From assembly GCF_006345805.1 (NCBI RefSeq), contig NC_043025.1, positions 14,446,001 to 14,510,000 on the forward strand: a DNA stretch of 64,000 nt. The letters run 5' to 3'. Both the position numbers and the translations under genes were made by a program. This DNA comes from Octopus sinensis (Eukaryota). The notes under the pieces were generated by a model that saw nothing but the letters and a program-made list of their open reading frames with translations, was not told the origin of the DNA and did no database searches. Below, piece by piece: positions 38,350 to 50,381 of this stretch; within the stretch, counting starts at the first letter, position 1; each line of letters begins with the position of its first letter.

Positions 38350-38630
38350 AAAGTATTGTATCCAGTGCTCAGGTGCACCACAACTTGTCAGAGTATATGC
38401 AGTGATGTAGAAATGTCTGGAAAGCGAACAATGCATGAGTCAGATACCTGCTTGTGTGTGTATGGAGGGGAGAAGATCAGGTGTAGTGCTGGCGAATCTC
38501 AGGAAGCATTGAAGGATGCAGTGCTCCGACAACCAACAACTGATGCCGGCAGTTTGTTCCATGCTTCAGCAACTCTCAGCGTGAAAAAATGTTTCCTGAA
38601 GTCATGGAAGGAGCTGTGCTGTTTTCATCA
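38350..38630 (-). mobile_element. CR1-type LINE 3' end; shorter copy at about 18640-18795
   Basis: FRKHFFTLRVAEAWNKLPASVVGCRSTASF, typical CR1 RT C-terminus. Confidence 0.65.
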
Positions 38631-38689
38631 ATAGATCGAAGATGATGACTGAATACTTTTGATTTCAAATATCCCCAAAAGAAGAAACC

Positions 38690-38810
38690 ACATTTCACCA
38701 TTCCAGAAGAAATGATCCAAAGAGTTATCGATGACTTTCAGGAACGTCTCCAACAGCTTCTTGACAATGATGGGAAGCATTTAGCTGATTTAATTCTTAA
38801 AACTTAATGA
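38690..38810 (+). mobile_element. Tc1/mariner-superfamily transposase C-terminal remnant
   Basis: IPEEMIQRVIDDFQERLQQLLDNDGKHLADLILKT*; a matching TIR-like ttttggtccaccctgtata lies at about 39318-39337, beyond an intervening SINE. Confidence 0.55.
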
Positions 38811-38816
38811 AATTAA

Positions 38817-39221
38817 GGCGCAGGAGTGGCTGTGTGGTAAGTAGCTTGCTAACCAACCACATGCTTCCGGGTTCAGTCCCACTGCGTGGCACCTTGGGCA
38901 AGTGTCTTCTGCTATAGCCCCGGGCTGACCAAAGCCTTCTGAGTGGATTTGGTAGACGGAAACTGAAAGAAGCCCGTCGTATATATGTATATATATATAT
39001 ATATATGTGTGTATATGTTTGTGTGTCTGTGTTTGTCCCCCTAGCATTGCTTGACAACCGATGCTGGTGTGTTTACGTCCCCATTACTTAGCGGTTTGGC
39101 AAAAGAGACCGATAGAATAAGTACTGGGCTTACAAAAGAATAAGTCCCGGGGTCGAGTTGCTCGATTAAAGGCGGTGCTCCAGCATTGCCGCAGTTAAAT
39201 GACTGAAACAAGTAAAAGAGT
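38817..39221 (+). mobile_element. Dominant ~400-bp tRNA-headed composite SINE (family 1), representative copy
   Basis: Head ggcgcaggagtggctgtgtggtaag...ggttcagtccc, conserved ccttgtgagtggatttggtagacggaaactg domain, internal (TA/TG)n, tail gactgaaacaagtaaaagag. Other copies near 2740+, 4915-, 10257+, 11668+, 17655-, 22045-, 28320-, 36700+, 36885+, 41950+, 42790+, 49195+, 50095-, 51480-, 59810+, 63110+. Confidence 0.85.
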
Positions 39222-39337
39222 AAATAAAATGGCATTATATGTACATTCAGAAAATAAATTTTTTTTTTCTTTATTTCTTATTTTGTGCTCTTTTAAAGCC
39301 TCCAAATGTGTCAGATCGTTTTGGTCCACCCTGTATA

Positions 39338-39903
39338 ATGGGTTGTCCAGAAAGTTCGTGCCGATTTATAGCAGCTTACCTTCCGACTTATTTTAGAACC
39401 TGGTTGAGTTGCTAAAATAGGATTTGACTCCACCTCCATTTAGAACACAGTTTAAGCTATCTTTTCGTGGAAGAAGGTTTATCTTCCTATAACCTGTGTT
39501 AATTTTGTAACCCTTTAAAATGGAAGATAAGAAAGTTCATTTTTGGCTCTTGATGCTTTGGGAACCAGACAAAAATTGCTGCAGCTTGGCTGGGATGTGT
39601 TACCCCAGCCTCCATATTCACCAGATGTTGCTCCTTCGGATTTCCACTTATTCAGGTCTCTGCAGAATAGTCTTAATGGTAAAAATTTCAATTCCTTGGA
39701 TGACATAAAAAGATACCTTGATGAATTCTTTGCCATGAAACCACCTCAATTCTGGGAAGAGGGTATTTTCAAGTTAAAGGAAAGATGGAGACGCATTGTG
39801 CAACAAAATGGTTCATATTTGGTTGATTAAAAATGTAATGGCAAGTATTTAATGACCTTTTTCTTTCCTTTAAAAATCGGGAAGAACTTTCTGGACAACC
39901 CAA
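39338..39903 (+). mobile_element. Internally deleted mariner element with TIRs and TA target-site duplication
   Basis: TIRs (a/t)tgggttgtccagaaagttc, TA flanks at 39336-37 and 39904-05; ORF 39543-39830 has the PPYSPDVAPSDFHLFRSLQN motif and mariner C-terminus. Confidence 0.9.
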
Positions 39904-40179
39904 TACATATATAGGCAATCCTTCGGTTTGACTCGACAATTCACTTCGGATATATTCGCGACCTCCGTGACAGCTGCTATGACAACTACTAAAGTGTGTC
40001 TGTGTGTCAGAACACGCACACACACACACAGACAAGAACAAGCACGCGCGCACACACACTTTACGAGCTGTCACTGAGGTCACGAAGATATTCGAAGTGA
40101 ATTGTCGAGTTGTCACTGAAAGAAGCGAGGTCTTGTTATTGTTTCGTCGAGTCAAACCGAAGGATCGCCCACACACACG

Positions 40180-40215
<36 letters not shown>

Positions 40216-40565
40216 ACACACACACACACACACATGTATATATGAGTTTGTGTTTGTCTCTACCCAACAGCTTGACGACAGGTAACGGTTTGTTTACGTC
40301 CCCGTAGTTTACCGCTTCGGCAAAGGTGAATCATCGAATCAGTTTACTAGACTTGGAAACCAACGAAATCTGTCGCCGATTCGTTCGGCGAAAAGCCCTT
40401 CTTTCCAGGCGGTGCCCCAGCATGGGCGGCAGTCCAAAACACTGGAACAAGTAAATGATAAATAAACGCTCCAGCATGGCCACAGTCAAATGACTGAAAC
40501 AAGTAAAAGAGTAAAAGAGAAACAAAAAATATAAATAACGCAACGGAACAGCAAAAAACATAGTG

Positions 40566-40637
40566 TTCCCATGCCGGGAATCGAACCCGGGCCGCCTGGG
40601 TGAAAGCCAGGAATCCTGACCACTAGACCACATGGGA
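40566..40637 (-). tRNA. tRNA-Glu (anticodon UUC)
   Basis: Reverse complement TCCCATGTGGTCTAGTGGTCAGGATTCCTGGCTTTCACCCAGGCGGCCCGGGTTCGATTCCCGGCATGGGAA: 72 nt, complete cloverleaf, A and B boxes, T6 Pol III terminator at 40553-40558. Confidence 0.95.
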
Positions 40638-41048
40638 TAACACATACCAATGTTCCGAAATATAACGTATTTATATGGAAAGCATTTCGCTATTAATCGA
40701 TATTCTGTTTCTATTTATCAATCAATCACATGTCAGCGAAATACGATCACAATTTGTCTTTAAGCCCTCTCTACCACTTAATACCATCGAACATACATCG
40801 TCTGGAGGTGTCAGGCACTTATATATGTCATATATATGGTTATATATTCGTAATATAGGCTGAAGAACACCTTTGTGCCACCTGAGTGAGCACTGTCTGC
40901 AATGATTTCATTAATATACAAATGTAAATGAATGAATGTGTGTATATGTGTGTGTGCGTCTATCTGTCTACCTACATACCTACCTACCTACCTACCTACC
41001 TATCTATCTATCTATCTCTTTCTTCTATCTATCTTTTTCTTCTATCCA

Positions 41049-41086
<38 letters not shown>

Positions 41087-41100
41087 CCTATCTGTCTGTC

Positions 41101-41183
<83 letters not shown>

Positions 41184-41323
41184 ATTCTATCTATCTATTT
41201 ATCCATCTAACTAGATCTATCTATCTACCTGTCTACCTATCTCTCTCCCTCCCCTCTCTGTCTGTCTCTGTCTCTCTAGCTATCTAATTCTATCTACCCA
41301 TCCATCTATTTATCCACATCTCT

Positions 41324-41408
<85 letters not shown>

Positions 41409-41946
41409 GTCTATCTGTCTCTTTAGCTATCTAATTCTATCTACCTGTCTATCTGTCTATCTGTCTATCTGTCAATCTCTTATGCAGTTTGCGCTCCTTC
41501 AGTGAAGCTGCAATTAAGAGAGAGAGAGAGAAGTAGTCGGTTATTATAATCATGTTTAATTGTCAATAATAATTAGTGGGTTCCAAGTACCCTCAGGATT
41601 TTGTAATTTATATATGCGCGCCTGCATCTCTGTACACACACACTCTTGTGTTTAGTGTTATCAGTCGGTTATTATTATGTAAAACACTATATCCCAGTGT
41701 GATCACAATAAGCGGATTCTTCGGCGGAGGTAAGGACTTGGACTGCGCTCCCTTTCGGTTAAGTTTTCTTTTTTTTTTAGTGGCGGAGGGCGACAGAAAC
41801 CCATCTTTGTGATTGCGAAGATTCCGACTCTACGAAAAATAATAAAAAAATCGACATTTCAATACTTTAGCCCCCTCCCCAACGAATTTTCCCCTTTTTT
41901 TACAAATTTTTTCGCAAAATAAGTAGAAAAATGCGATTATTATGAT

Positions 41947-42066
41947 TGGTCCCAGGTTCATTCCCACTGCGTGGCCCCTTGGGCAAGTGTCTTCTACTAT
42001 AGCCTCGGGCCGACCAAAGCCTTGTGAGTGGATTTAGTAGACGGAAACTGAAAGAAGCCCATCGTA

Positions 42067-42118
<52 letters not shown>

Positions 42119-43555
42119 TATAAATGTGTGGTGTGTGTGTGTGTGTGTTCCCCTCCACCTCACTGCTTGATAACTTGTATTAATGTGTCCTGGTAACTTA
42201 GCGGTTCAGCAAAAGCGATCGATAGAATAAGTACAAGACTTACAAACAATAAGCCCTGGGGTTGATTTCTTTAACTGGAAAACCCTTACAAGCGGCGCTC
42301 CAGCATGGCCACAGTCAAACGAATAAAATAATTTTTTTTTTAATCAAAGAAAAAAACTACCTAGGGTCTCCCTCATTGGTTTGCATAAACCAGGAGCAGT
42401 TAAGTACAGGGATTTGTAGATTGTGAAAGGAATCGGAGCAGAAAACTAAGATTTCCAATGTATAAAATGCTGGGCTGCAGGGTTGAGAGAATAGAACACC
42501 AAGCAAAGAAATAACCTTGATGTATTTTTAGTAGTGCGGCCCGCCTGGTGTCAAGTTATGCTTCGTGCGGCCCGCCTCTGCCTAATATTTGCCAACACTT
42601 TGAGGTCTGTCGGGTTTAACGGTTCTGCAGAATTATCTCCCTTTGACCACAAATTTGCTCAAAAAGGAAAATCACAACAGGACTGAGTTTTGTGCTAGAG
42701 ATAACAGCTAAATATGTTGTTGAGAAGCGAACTTCTTACGACACAGCCCAGCCATGCCTTCGCCTGTATACATGATATATATATATATATAGGCGCAGGA
42801 GTGGCTGTGTGGTAAGTAACTTGGTTACCAACCACATGGTTCTGGGTTCAGTTCCACTGCGTGGCACCTTGGGCAAGTGTCTTCTACTATAGCCTCGGGC
42901 CGACCAAAACCTTGTGAGTGGATTTGGTAGACGGAAACTGAAGGAAGCCCATCGTATATGTGTGTGTGTATGTGTTCCCCTCCACCTCACTGCTTGATAA
43001 CTTGTATTAATGTGTCCTGGTAACTTAGCGGTTCAGCAAAAGCGATCGATAGAATAAGTACAAGACTTACAAACAATAAGCCCTGGGGTTGATTTCTTCA
43101 ACTGGAAAACCCTTACAAGCGGCGCTCCAGCCTGGCCACAGTCAAACGAATAAAAGAATTTTTTTTAAAAATCAAACAGAAACTACCTAGGGTCTCCCTC
43201 ATTGGTTTGCATAAACCAGGAGCAGTTAAGTACAGGGATTTGTAGATTGTGAAAGGAATCGGAGCAGAAAACTAAGATTTCCAATGGATAAAATGCTGGG
43301 CTGCAGGGTTGAGAGGATAGAACACCAAGCAAATAAATAACCTTGATGTATTTTTAGTAGTGCGGCCCGCCTGGTGTCAAGTTATGCTTCGTGCGGCCCG
43401 CCTCTGCCCAATATTTGCCAACGCTTTGAGGTCTGTCGGGTTTAACGGTTCTGCAGAATTATCTCCCTTTGACCACAAATTTGCTCAAAAAAGAAAATCA
43501 CAACAGGACTGAGTTTTGTGCTAGAGATAACAGCTAAATATGTTGTTGAGAAGCG
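41947..43555 (+). repeat. Tandem duplication, about 0.8-kb unit
   Basis: Both copies end ...aaatatgttgttgagaagcg (42729 and 43555, offset 826); they differ by few substitutions and microsatellite length. Confidence 0.9.
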
Positions 43556-44231
43556 TTCCCCCAAAAATGTATACACACCTTAAATAATTGTAAATTTGTT
43601 ATTCTTTGTAAGCCTAGTACTTATTCTATCGTTCTCTTTTGCCGAACCACTATGTGTATACATTTTTTGGGACACCCTGTATATATGTGTGTGTGTGTGT
43701 GTATGATTGTCCCTACCCCTCAGCATCGCTTGAAAACCGATGCTGGTGTGTTTACGTCCCCGTAACTTAGCTGTTTGGCAAAACAGACCGATAGTATAAG
43801 TATTAGGCTTACAAAGAAGAATGGATAAGTCTTGGGGTCGATTTGCTCGACTAAAAGGTGGTGCTCCAGCATGGCCACAGTCAAATGTCTGAAACAAGTA
43901 AAAGAGTAAAAGAGAGAGTAAAGCGTAAAGTTACAACAGCAAAAAAACAAAAAAATCTGTAGTTTTATTTCTTCATTTATTTATTTATTGTTCATTGTTT
44001 TTTTTTGTGTTCTTTTTTGCAATACCGGAAACGTTTTGGCTGTTGATGCCTTCATATCTTCTCAAGGACATTTTGCTACCAAATTCTTGATCTCTCAGTC
44101 ATTTCGACTATGTGTCTATGTGTCTGTCTGTCGGTCGCTTTCTCTTTCTCCCTCCATCGCTTTTCATCTCTCATCTTTCACCATCATTTCCACACCACCA
44201 CCTGGCATACCTGAAAACTTACACACACCAC

Positions 44232-44289
<58 letters not shown>

Positions 44290-44299
44290 TATTATATAT

Positions 44300-44500
44300 C
44301 AGTGGTTTTCAACCAGGGTTCCGCCAGTACAGTCTAGGGGTTCCGCAAGAAGTTACAAAACTGCTAAAATCGTCAGTAATTTTTAATTCTCCTGTCCAGA
44401 TATTTGTGCAAAAGACTATCAAATTATTGCACAGGGGTTCCTCGAGCCAGTGGAATGTTTCCTTGGGTTTCCGCTCCGGCAAAAAGTTTGAAAAGCACTG
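44300..44500. mobile_element. hAT (Charlie-type) MITE
   Basis: TIRs cagtggttttcaac / gtttgaaaagcactg; near-identical 8-nt AT flanks. Confidence 0.7.
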
Positions 44501-45393
44501 ATATATATACATATATACAACGGGCTTCTTTCAGTTTCCGTCTACCAAATCCACTCACAAGGCTTTGGTCGGCCTGTGGCTATAGCAGAAGACACTTGCC
44601 CAAGGTGCCACGCAGTGGGACTGAACCCGGAACTATGTGGTTGGTAAGCAAGCTACTTACCACACAGACACTCCTGCGCCTATTGCCCTATTATTTTATT
44701 ATTTTATTTTTGCTCGGGTCAAACACTGGACTTTGACCGAAAACGCTTGGCCAAGTGCCATGCAGTGGGACAGAACTGGGAACCACTCGGTTGCGAAGCG
44801 AACCTTTTAACTCCAAAACAAACAGATATTGTTCTGTTCACCACTCCAATATTTTCTGCTAAAAATCCGCTCCAAAAGTTCTTTTTATTTTAAAAGACGC
44901 TATTGTACACAGTTGACCTATGACACCTGTCTATGGATGTATGTGTACACGTATACATATATCTATGTACATATACGTATACTCAGACACACTCGTACAC
45001 ATGAAGCACTCACACACACAAACACATACACACTGCTATATATATATAACATATATATTCAATGCTTGACCTTTGCCCTTTGATAAACAATACCCAGCTG
45101 TTTCGCGCGACGTAATATAACTTGACCTTTGACCCGACATACCTCGTTTGCATATGTGTATATAGCCACGAAACCAAGGCTCTGGATGTTGAACTTTGCA
45201 TGTAATAGCTTGCGTAAATGTTCGCAAATATGTAATTATACATGTATCCACACTTACATATACATATATGTATTATATAGACATAAACTTCGAACGCAAT
45301 AAAACTACAAAACACACATACATACATACATATTGATTGACTGTGTGTGTGTGTGTGTTTATGCATCTGTCTGTGTATATTCGTATATATATA

Positions 45394-45434
<41 letters not shown>

Positions 45435-45769
45435 AACAATTTCAATGATATAAATTCTTTATTGAATTATAAATCTACCTAAACCATTTATTTCTAAGAA
45501 AAATTCAAAGAAACACATTTACACGCAACCAGATTCATACAAACACACACATACACAATTTTTTTTTTTTTTTAAGTGTTTCAAGGATATAAATTCTTTA
45601 TTGAAATATATTTATAACTGAATGAAATATTAAATTTTTTCCCCCATTTATTAAAAGACATAAGTCAAGAGGCCACAACAAAATATAATAAACGTCAACA
45701 AATAAGCGCTTTGCATCGAGACTAACAACATATTTGACGTTTTTTCCTACATCATGGCGTGCTACCGTC

Positions 45770-46870
45770 TGACGATCCCTCTTTCTCCTCCTTCCTCTCT
45801 CTCTCTTTCTCTCTAACTCTATCTCTTACTATGTTCCTTTCCTCTCTGTTTATCTTACTTTCTAAATTATTTCCTCTCTTTCTATGTATTAGTCTTTCTC
45901 TTCCCTCTTCCCTTTCTTTTTCTTTCTCTCTATCTATTTTTCTCTTTCTCTCTCCCTCCCCTCCCTAGACTGCATTGTATCTATTTAGCCATCACTTTTT
46001 AAACCTCTGACTACTCCTCATTGTCGCGCTTTCTTTATTCTTTACTCTCCTCTTTCTATCGCTCTTTGTCATTCTCTCTAACTCAGTCCCCCTCTCTCAG
46101 CATTCTTATATTTTTCTCTTCTCACTTTCTAACGTGTCCTTTTGTCTCGCTCTCTATCTCTACTCTTTATCACTCTCACTCTCTTTTACTTATTCTCTTC
46201 CTCTCTTTGTTTCTGTTTATCCCTCTCTCATTATCTTCTCTCCCTCTCACCCTCTTTGTCACGCTTTCTCTCTTTCTCTCTCTCTCCCACTCACTATTTA
46301 TTTTCCGTCTTTCACTTTCTTCATATCTCTATAGCTTTCACCTTACTCTATCTCTCCCTCTCTCTCTTTTCTTGTCTCTATCTCCTTTTCTGTCTCACAC
46401 TTCATATCTATCTATCGCCTTTCTCCTCTCTCCCTCTTAAGCGTATACCACTCTCTCTATCCCTCCTTTAACATCTGCATCATTACTTTTCTCCCCTCTC
46501 TCTTTATTCTTTATCTATCTTTCTCACTTTCCTCTGCCACTATTTCTACTCTCCTCCTTATTTCTCTCTCTCTCTTTTGCTTTCCCCTTTCTTAACTCTT
46601 TATCTATCATCCTCCTACCCTCTCTCTTTTGCTTCTTCCTTTCTTTACTCTCTATCTATCACCCTCTCTCTCTTACCTCCTTTACTCTTACTACCTGTCT
46701 CTCTCTTTTTATTCTTTATGTATCTTTCTCACTTTCCTCTGCCACTATTTCTACTCTCCTCCTTATTTCTCTCTCTCTTTCCTCCCCCTCTCTTTACTCT
46801 CTATCTATCACCCTCTCACCCTCTCTCTTACCTCCTTTACTCTATCTACCTGTCTCTCTCTCTTTATATA
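45770..46870. repeat. Roughly 1.1-kb polypyrimidine (CT-rich) low-complexity tract
   Basis: Direct reading; a purine-rich counterpart at about 12140-12930. Confidence 0.9.
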
Positions 46871-47139
46871 TACACGCATTACCCGCCACACATACACACA
46901 CATATATATACACACTTATATCTATATATCTATCTATATACATGTGGTATGATTTGGTATCATCGCTGGACGGAGATTTTACTGCCAAATAATTTATTAT
47001 AAACAACCAAAAGAGGTGAGACACATTTTACAATCCTTAATTAAACCAATTTAATGTTCTTAATTAATAATTAATTAACAATTAATATTATTGTTGTTAT
47101 TCCTAATGTTGTTGCCCGACCTCTTTCCTGCCCCACCCT

Positions 47140-48000
47140 GGGGCAAGGCCAGCCCAGCCCTGATGAACCATCCAGGCCTTATACAGGACTATACGTGTTC
47201 CAGGCGTGACCATCCCGTTTTATTGCTATGAGTCAGACATAAGTGCATCTAGGACTACATTGTGTAGTGTGTCCTTCTTTATTGCTGTTGTTTAGCCCCG
47301 GGTCAGCCTCTATCCAGCAGACCTATGATCAAAGACGTTCTACTTGTGACCATCCCATCTTTCATCCAGGCATGGTGTATCTAGGACTACATCATCTTAC
47401 GTGTCCTGCCTTGTTTGTTGTTGTTGTTGTTTTTTAGCCCTGGGTCAGTCCTGATCCAGCAGACCTATGATCAAAGACGTTCTACTTGTGACCATCCCAT
47501 CTTTCATTCAGACACAATCTATCTAGGACTACATTATCGAATGTGTTTCGCCGATAAAGATCTTCCAGCCATGGCCATCCCGCCCTTTGTTCAGGCATAA
47601 GTCTACCAAGGACTACATTACGCGAAGTGTCTTTCCTTGTTTAGCTCCAGTCTCGATCGCACACACGATCGAAGACACTCCAACTACGACCATCCTGTTT
47701 TTTTTCTTTTATTCGTGCACAGTGTACCTAGGACTACATCATCTAATGTGTCCTTCCTCGTTGTTGTTTTTTGCTGTTTAGCCCTAGGTCGGTCATGATT
47801 CAGCAAAACCCACGAACAGGTATCTGCCAGCCACAAACCAACCTGTCTTTCATCCAGGCTTTCTATATCCTTCCTCCTCGACCACATTATCTAACCTTAC
47901 CCCCCCCCTCCTGATTGTTTAACCCCAGGTCGGATCAGGCTGGCTTTGACTTGAACAAGCACACCCGTATATGATCAGAGGCAATACAACTGTGACCACT
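47140..48000. repeat. Degenerate tandem array of about 110-150-bp units
   Basis: Recurrent ctaggactacat, ttagccc..ggtc, gacctatgatcaaag, gtgaccatccc; about 6-7 units. Confidence 0.8.
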
Positions 48001-48135
48001 GCGCCTGTTCTATATATACGTTCGAAACACACGCATTGAGTCGACCTAGGGGCACCCGAGGAAGGGGAATTTTTCCTGTTTGATTTTATGTTTTCGTCTC
48101 TCGTTTGGTTCTACGTTTATTTGTGGTGTCCTGTA

Positions 48136-48200
<65 letters not shown>

Positions 48201-48340
48201 TGCATGTATATATACATGTAGATGTAAGTATGTACATATATGTATGTATATATGCATATATTTTATTTATTTATTATGTTATATGTATATATATATTATA
48301 TATATATGGAGAGAGAGAGAGAGATTGATAGTATGTATGT

Positions 48341-48514
48341 AAGAGTGGTCCCGGTGCGCGCACTCGCGTACTCGCGCCTCCGCGCTAGCTAGTCGTGACT
48401 AGTCGATCCTACAACGACCACCTAGCAGAGTAAATAAAACACAAAAGCACAAAAGATAGACTAGTCACGACTAGCTAGTGCGGATGCGCGAGTGCGCGCA
48501 CCGGGACCACTCTT
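48341..48514. mobile_element. CpG-rich foldback / MITE-like element
   Basis: About 56-bp TIRs aagagtggtcccggtgcgcgcactcgcg...ctagctagtcgtgactagtc; left arm has an 8-nt internal duplication; no clear TSD. Confidence 0.65.
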
Positions 48515-49143
48515 CTTAGATAGTACCAAGTACATACGTGTGTGTACGTATATTATCATTTTTTTATTGGTTACAGTCAGTAGACTACGGCCATGCTGCA
48601 GCACCGCACTAAAGAATTTTTTGTCGAATGAGTTGATTCATATACTTTTTGGGGGTTAAAACCTGGTACTTATTCTATCGATGTCTTTTGCCGATTCGCT
48701 AGGTACAGGGACGTAAACACACCAGCAGTAATTGTCAAGCAGTGGTGCTGGGGACAAACACAGACAGAAATACAAACGTATATATATATATCAACATCGT
48801 TTAACGTCCGCTTTCCATGCTAGCATGGGTTGGACGATTTGACTGAGGTCTGGCGAACCAGATGGCTGCACCAGGCTCCAATCTGATCTGGCAGAGTTTC
48901 TACAGCTGGATGCCCTTCCTAACACCAACCACTCCGTGAGTGTAGTGGGTGCCTTTACGTGCCACCGGCACGAGGGCCAGTCCGCCTGTACTGGCAACGG
49001 TCACGCTCAAATGGTGCTTTTTATGTGCCACCTGCACAGAAACCAGTCCAGCGACACTGGCAATGACCTCACTCAAATGTTTTTCGCATGCCACCAGCAC
49101 AAGTGCCAGTAAGGTGACGCAGGTAACGATCATGATGATGATG

Positions 49144-49197
<54 letters not shown>

Positions 49198-49763
49198 GCA
49201 GAAGTGGCTGTGTGGTAAGTAGCTTGCTAACCAACCACATGGTTCCAGGTTCAGTCCCACTGTGTGTCATCTTGGGCCAGTGTCCTTCTGCTTAGCCCCG
49301 GCCGACCAATGCCTTGTGAGTGGATTTGGTAGACGAAACTGAGAGAAGCCTGTCGTATATGTTGTGTGTGTGTGTATGTTGTGTGGTCTTTGTTTGTCCC
49401 CCTAGCATTGCTTGACAACCGATGCTGTGTGTTTTACATTCCCGTCACTTAGCGGTTCGGCAAAAGAGACCGATAGAATAAGTACTGGGCTTACAAAGAA
49501 TAAGTCCCGGGGTCGATTTGATCGACTAAAGGCAGTGCTCCAGCATGGCCGCAGTCAAATGACTGAAACAAGTAAAAAGAAAAAAAAAGAGTAAAAAGAA
49601 GATATATCTTATGACAAGCTTCTTTCAGTTTCCGTCTACCAAATCCACTCGCAAGGCTTTGGTCGTCCTGAGGTTCTAGTGGAAGACATTTGGCCAAGGT
49701 GCCATGCGGTGAGACTGAACCCGGAACCATGTGGTTGGTAAGCAAGCTACTTACCACACAGCC

Positions 49764-49863
49764 NNNNNNNNNNNNNNNNNNNNNNNNNNNNNNNNNNNNN
49801 NNNNNNNNNNNNNNNNNNNNNNNNNNNNNNNNNNNNNNNNNNNNNNNNNNNNNNNNNNNNNNN
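49764..49863. other. Assembly gap (100 N)
   Basis: Run of N. Confidence 1.
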
Positions 49864-50381
49864 GAGGGATAAAAAGACGCAACTGACCTAAGTAGGATTT
49901 GAACTTAGATCATAGAGAGTAGCAAGGAATCCTGACAGATTCTTTGATAATCAGGCGGAGCTGCAGAAAGTCTAGCAACACGTTGATGGATAACAGAACA
50001 TGTTTAGAGAATAATATTGTGTTGGGGGGGGGGGGCAGTCAGTGAGAACAGAGAGAAAAAGTGTGTGTGTGTGTGTGTGTGTATTACTCTTTACTCTCTT
50101 TTACTCTTTTACTTGTTTCAGTCATCTGACTGTGGCCATGCTGCAGCACTGCCTTTAGTCGAGCAAATCGACCCCAAGACTTATTCTTTGTAAGCCTGGT
50201 ACTTATTCTATCGGATTTTTTTGCCGAACTGCTAAGTTACGGGGACATAAACACACCAGCATCGGTTATCAAACAATGTTGGGGGGACAAACACAGACAC
50301 ACAAACACATATACACACATACATACATATATATATATCTGTTTTGCAAGATTTTTTATGTGAAATCGTTTGTTCAAACAG

